A DNA stretch of 11,858 nucleotides from Oligoflexus sp. (GTDB taxonomy: Bacteria > Bdellovibrionota_B > Oligoflexia > Oligoflexales > Oligoflexaceae). The stretch lies in NCBI GenBank assembly GCA_041736305.1, contig JBGSTX010000352.1:1-11858 (forward strand), in the 5' to 3' direction. This document shows, in pieces, positions 7,840 through 11,858 of the stretch; positions within the stretch are counted from its first letter, which is position 1; every line of letters begins with the position of its first letter. Below the pieces are notes generated by a model, which saw only the letters and a list, made by a program, of their open reading frames with translations, did no database searches and was not told where the DNA came from. Position numbers and translations under genes: made by a program.

Positions 7840-10161
7840 CTATTTCCTCCACGCAAAACTGTCGGAACTGACGAAGTCTATCATCACCGCCCGCAGACTC
7901 TTGTCCTCTTGCAGCGCCGCCTGAACTGAGTTCTGCAGGCACTGATCTGAGCTCTGTGCCACGTGACCTTGAGCATAGCGAAGGTACTGTATACCGAGAC
8001 AGGCTTTGGCTCGCGGACTCTCACTCAGCAAGGTTCCTAGTTCGGCAAAAGTCTCGAAAGGAAGAGCCAGAGGATCGGACAAATTCACTGGGCCCTTAAT
8101 TTCCCCTGAAACATCAATCGGCACGCCCGGCTTCTCCGCGTAAGCAGCTCGCAAAAGACCGATTTCGTCAAAACGCTCGAATCCGAAACCCACATTGTCG
8201 ATATACTGATGACAGGAGGCGCATGAATTGCTGCCATCGCTCTGCTCTCCCTGTGAGAGATGCCGGGCCAAGCGCTCGCGCATAGTCAAACCGGGAGCAG
8301 GCGGAGGAATCGTGGTATCCACATTCGCCGGAGGGGGTGGAAGATCTTGGCAAAGAAGTCGATTGCGCACAAAAACTCCACGTTTGATCGGCGAGGCTTC
8401 TGTGGAATTAGCGTAGGTGGCGAGAATGGAACCTTGGGCGATCAATCCGCGACGCTCTTTGTCATAGTCTACCGACTGCCAATCCTGAGCTGGGAGCGGA
8501 AGCCCATAATGCAGAGCTAGTCGGCGTGAAAGCGGACTGGCATCAGCTGCATACAGATCTTTGACGCTAGCGTTCTGTTCGAAGATCAAATTCACCATAA
8601 AGCGCTTGGTTTCTTCCAGCATATCCGCGCGCAGCTGCGCAGTGAGCTGCGGTCTGTCGCGGGTGACATAAGGCAAAGAACCGACACCCAACCACTGTAT
8701 GGCGAAGTCTGCAAATGTTTCGCGGGCTGCGCTGCTGCCTAGCAAACGCTCCGCTTCGCGACGACGGACGGCCGAATCCTTAATGCTGCCGTCTGCAGCT
8801 CTAGCGAGCAGAGACTTGTCCGGGGGAGCTCCGGTCAGGGTATAGGCAAGAGCACTGGCCAGCTCAAAGCTGTCGAGCGCAAAGGCGTTCATCGGTGCGA
8901 CGAAGCTACCCAACTCCGATCGATAAAGAAAGTAGGGCGACTGGAGCATAGTCTCCAGAATTTTTTTCCTCTCCATAGCTGCATAGCTTGCAAGCTCCTC
9001 TACCGTCAGTGGACGCCGATAGAGTCGGAGACCGATTTCTTCAGCAAAACAGCGGGCATTCGCACCGCAGCTGCTTTCCGGCAGAGCTTTTCCGGCGATT
9101 TCACGCGCCGCCTTGCCAAAGACCAGAAGGTGGCGATCGGTGACGACAGCTGCATCTGCGTTGTTGTTGTAACCCAGTACGTTGGCTGGCTCAGGCCAGA
9201 ATCTTAAAGCCTCAATTTCGCGGACACCTAAGATCGCATCCACACTCTGGCGATACTCTCGTTCAGTAAGCAGTCGCAGTTGACGACGCCCGGCATCGCT
9301 GCCGGGTGCTTTACAGTCTAGAGCAAGAGCATCTCTAGAATTGAGAGCATAGCGAATGTAACGGGCCACATCGCGAGCGCAGTCGCCTGTACATTCCCCC
9401 ACTCGACCCAGTGGCATGGTGGAACTGATGCGCGCGGCCAAATCATCGAGCCGATCGCAGCTGCTGCACTTTCCAGCACTGATGAGAAGAGGCGTGCCGA
9501 CACCTCCCTCCCCAGCTTTTCCGTGACACTGAGCGCACTGTTTTTGATATTGCACCTGCCCTGGCCCAAGATCCTCATATCCGGCAGAGAGAACCACATC
9601 TCGTTCCGGCATCGAAAACTGGGCATCCACCCGCTTCACATCTGCAAGCAACTGGACATCACCCGTCCAGCCGGTGAAAAGCGAAGGTTCAGGGTTTTGG
9701 GCTTTAATCTGCACCAAAGACCCGGGGCTGTACTGGCCAGATCCCGACCCGTTCTGAACCAGCACCGAGAAAAGCTTTTCTTCGGGATTCAAATCGAACC
9801 ACTGATTGACGACTTGCTCGCCATTTTTCCAGACGTACCAACCATTGCCTTTTCGCGTGAGATCGGGCGTCTGCTCACTGCTACCGTTGTTGAAGATTAG
9901 TTTGATAGTTTGATCGCGAGGATCAGTTTGTTTCTGGTCGATAAAGCCCCGAGACCAGGCCGCTACGTCGGCCAAGGCTCTACCTGGCCAGCGTCCACTG
10001 GTCTCGACGAATCTATCTCCGTCCGCATACCAGGTGTAAACGTAAGTTTGCTTCCAGCTGCTTGGCTTTTTGAAAAACACGTAGAAGGAGGCGCTTGAGA
10101 TTTTCTCCTGAGCCGCAGCACTCCAAGTCCATAGGAGGGCCAAAAATAGAATGAATCGCAC
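7840..10161 (-). CDS. Secreted CBM26 + InlB-B-like repeat + cytochrome c + DUF1587/1595/1592/1588/1585 multidomain protein
   Basis: Start re-called to GTG 10161 (GGAG RBS; signal MRFILFLALLWTWSAAA|QE). CBM26-like VFFKKPSSW..YVYTW..WPG..LIFNNG..QTPDL..GWY (about 10086-9784). Repeat VQNGSGSGQY..FTGWTG..FSMPERDVVLSAGY. CAQCH (9537-9523) with distal TMP. LRLLTEREY, LQSPYFLYRSE, ELASALAY, SPIKRGVFVRNRLLC..PPPP, CASCH (8223-8209), GFGFERFDEIG. Confidence 0.9.
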   Translation of the reverse strand: MRFILFLALLWTWSAAAQEKISSASFYVFFKKPSSWKQTYVYTWYADGDRFVETSGRWPGRALADVAAWSRGFIDQKQTDPRDQTIKLIFNNGSSEQTPDLTRKGNGWYVWKNGEQVVNQWFDLNPEEKLFSVLVQNGSGSGQYSPGSLVQIKAQNPEPSLFTGWTGDVQLLADVKRVDAQFSMPERDVVLSAGYEDLGPGQVQYQKQCAQCHGKAGEGGVGTPLLISAGKCSSCDRLDDLAARISSTMPLGRVGECTGDCARDVARYIRYALNSRDALALDCKAPGSDAGRRQLRLLTEREYRQSVDAILGVREIEALRFWPEPANVLGYNNNADAAVVTDRHLLVFGKAAREIAGKALPESSCGANARCFAEEIGLRLYRRPLTVEELASYAAMERKKILETMLQSPYFLYRSELGSFVAPMNAFALDSFELASALAYTLTGAPPDKSLLARAADGSIKDSAVRRREAERLLGSSAARETFADFAIQWLGVGSLPYVTRDRPQLTAQLRADMLEETKRFMVNLIFEQNASVKDLYAADASPLSRRLALHYGLPLPAQDWQSVDYDKERRGLIAQGSILATYANSTEASPIKRGVFVRNRLLCQDLPPPPANVDTTIPPPAPGLTMRERLARHLSQGEQSDGSNSCASCHQYIDNVGFGFERFDEIGLLRAAYAEKPGVPIDVSGEIKGPVNLSDPLALPFETFAELGTLLSESPRAKACLGIQYLRYAQGHVAQSSDQCLQNSVQAALQEDKSLRAVMIDFVSSDSFAWRK

Positions 10162-10447
10162 GATGTCTTCTCCCAGCAGCAAACGCCAATGCTCCAGATC
10201 GAGCTAGGCGAATTCAACTGAATAATCCCACAAATGACTCACAAATAGAAGGAACAAGATTCTTATGAGTGGGGAGGAAATGTTCGCCGCGATAGGCAGT
10301 CTTTATCTGGGTAGGTTAGTTTAACTCAGTCTCAGATGCCGCTCGAGCTCTGGGCTAGCAGCTCCGCAGAGATATTTTAGCTTGGCTATCTTCTGATCTT
10401 GCTGTAAGATTCGGGTTCTATTTCTTTTACTATCAGGACACGAATTT

Positions 10448-10468
10448 ATGCAATTCGATCCGCCATAA
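10448..10468 (+). other. Putative leader peptide MQFDPP* upstream of sulP
   Basis: ATG CAA TTC GAT CCG CCA TAA with AGGA (10435-10438) 9 nt upstream. Lies in a hairpin-rich leader 96 nt before the sulP start. Confidence 0.45.
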
Positions 10469-10564
10469 CCCCGCCTTCTTCTCACTGCTTTTTCAAAGCA
10501 TACCACCCTTGCGGTCTCTAATTTGCCCATTGCTATCAATCCAAGAAAAAGGATTCACCATACG

Positions 10565-11858
10565 ATGTTTTTGTCTTCCTCACGCCAGGACTGGCTTGGA
10601 AACGTGCGTGCCGATGTTCTTGCGGGCATCGTCGTAGCACTCGCTTTAATTCCTGAAGCTATTGCATTTTCTATAATCGCCGGAGTTGATCCTAAAGTTG
10701 GCCTATACGCCTCATTTTGCATCGCGTTTGTCATCTCCTTTGTTGGAGGTCGTCCCGGAATGATTTCAGCAGCGACAGGGGCCATGGCGCTGCTGATGAT
10801 CACTTTGGTGAAGGAGCATGGCCTCCAATACCTCATGGCTGCGACGGTCCTTACAGGTATCCTCCAGATTTTTGCTGGCTACCTAAAGCTCGGAAGTCTA
10901 ATGCGCTTCGTGTCTACTTCAGTAGTTACAGGCTTTGTAAACGCGCTTGCAATTCTCATTTTCATGGCGCAATTGCCTGAACTTACAAATGTTACGTGGC
11001 AAGTCTATGTGCTGACAGCGGGCGGTCTTGGCATTATCTACCTTTTCCCTTACGTAAACAAAACAATACCCTCACCATTGGTCTGTATCGTTGCCATTAC
11101 TGCTATTTCCCTTGCGCTTGGTCTCGACATCAGGACGGTGGGGGACATGGGCTCCCTGCCGAACTCTCTCCCTATCTTCCTATGGCCGGACGTGCCCTTG
11201 AAATTTGAAACCGTGAAAATTATTTTTCCGTATGCTGCGGGTCTAGCTGTGGTTGGTCTTTTGGAATCTATGATGACGGCAACTATTGTTGATGAACTGA
11301 CTGACACATCGAGCGATAAGAACCGGGAGTGTAAGGGCCAGGGCATTGCAAATATTGCATCTGGATTTCTTGGGGGAATGGCAGGCTGCGCGATGATCGG
11401 TCAATCAATCATCAACGTAAAGTCTGGGGGGCGGGGAAGGCTCTCGACGCTTGTCGCAGGCGTATTTCTACTTATTCTCGTAGTCTTTTTAAATGACTGG
11501 GTGTCACGCATTCCAATGGCGGCGCTCGTTGCCGTAATGATCATGGTTTCTATTGGAACGTTCTCATGGAGTTCACTCAAAAATCTACGCCGTCATCATT
11601 TTTCCAGTTCGACCGTGATGATCTCGACAGTCGTTGTAGTCGTAGCCACGCATAACCTTGCTTACGGAGTTCTTGTAGGAGTGCTTCTGTCAGGGATCTT
11701 CTTTGCTAACAAAATAAGTGAGATCATAAGCATCGAGTCGGCTTTCGATCAGCAGAGTGCCTCGCGAATCTACCGAATTGAGGGGCAAATATTTTTTGCT
11801 TCGGCCGAAAAATTCCTAGGGGCACTCGACTTCAGAGAAGCCGTCGAAAATGTCGTCA
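10565..11858 (+). CDS. sulP: SulP/SLC26 family inorganic anion transporter (YbaR-like), 3'-truncated by the window
   Basis: Missing from the ORF track because no stop lies in the window. Translates as [111 protein letters not shown], then the STAS start [20 protein letters not shown] at 10549-10553. Confidence 0.95.
   Translation, partial: MFLSSSRQDWLGNVRADVLAGIVVALALIPEAIAFSIIAGVDPKVGLYASFCIAFVISFVGGRPGMISAATGAMALLMITLVKEHGLQYLMAATVLTGILQIFAGYLKLGSLMRFVSTSVVTGFVNALAILIFMAQLPELTNVTWQVYVLTAGGLGIIYLFPYVNKTIPSPLVCIVAITAISLALGLDIRTVGDMGSLPNSLPIFLWPDVPLKFETVKIIFPYAAGLAVVGLLESMMTATIVDELTDTSSDKNRECKGQGIANIASGFLGGMAGCAMIGQSIINVKSGGRGRLSTLVAGVFLLILVVFLNDWVSRIPMAALVAVMIMVSIGTFSWSSLKNLRRHHFSSSTVMISTVVVVVATHNLAYGVLVGVLLSGIFFANKISEIISIESAFDQQSASRIYRIEGQIFFASAEKFLGALDFREAVENVV

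Noticed and set aside
7838-7942. Apparent 103-bp overlap between the DUF1592 and DUF1552 ORFs
   Set aside because: Artefact of the longest-ORF start; the RBS and Tat motif place the start at 7837.
5930-10217. Short ORFs overlapping the methyltransferase, DUF1552 and DUF1592 genes
   Set aside because: Shadow ORFs explained by the real genes' codon structure.
10321-11346. Track ORFs 10321-10539, 10555-10836, 10717-10980, 10996-11208 and 11050-11346
   Set aside because: They overlap the sulP gene or its leader, which explain the region.

Overview
Bacterial chromosomal window with no rRNA, tRNA, CRISPR array or mobile element. The gene mix suggests Oligoflexia/Bdellovibrionota (inference only). 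In order: a poorly defined 1 kb left end; a secreted SRPBCC/START-like protein (991-1530 +); a secreted 4-Cys protein (1824-2339 -) whose sigma70 promoter is overlapped by a 16/19 Fur box; a two-gene minus-strand operon of a beta-rich lipoprotein (4238-5449) and a membrane-anchored beta+HEAT protein (2440-4203); a divergent tocopherol/sterol-type SAM methyltransferase (5696-6541 +); a DUF1592/DUF1552 pair whose DUF1592 partner is fused to a CBM26 starch-binding module and a cytochrome c (6587-10161 -); and a YbaR-type SulP transporter running off the right edge (10565->11858 +, absent from the ORF track) preceded by a structured leader with an MQFDPP* uORF. The most interesting signal is that the lipoprotein + HEAT operon looks like a vitellogenin/MTP/apoB-type large lipid transfer protein split into two exported bacterial polypeptides. 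All family assignments are by-eye motif recognition, not database searches.
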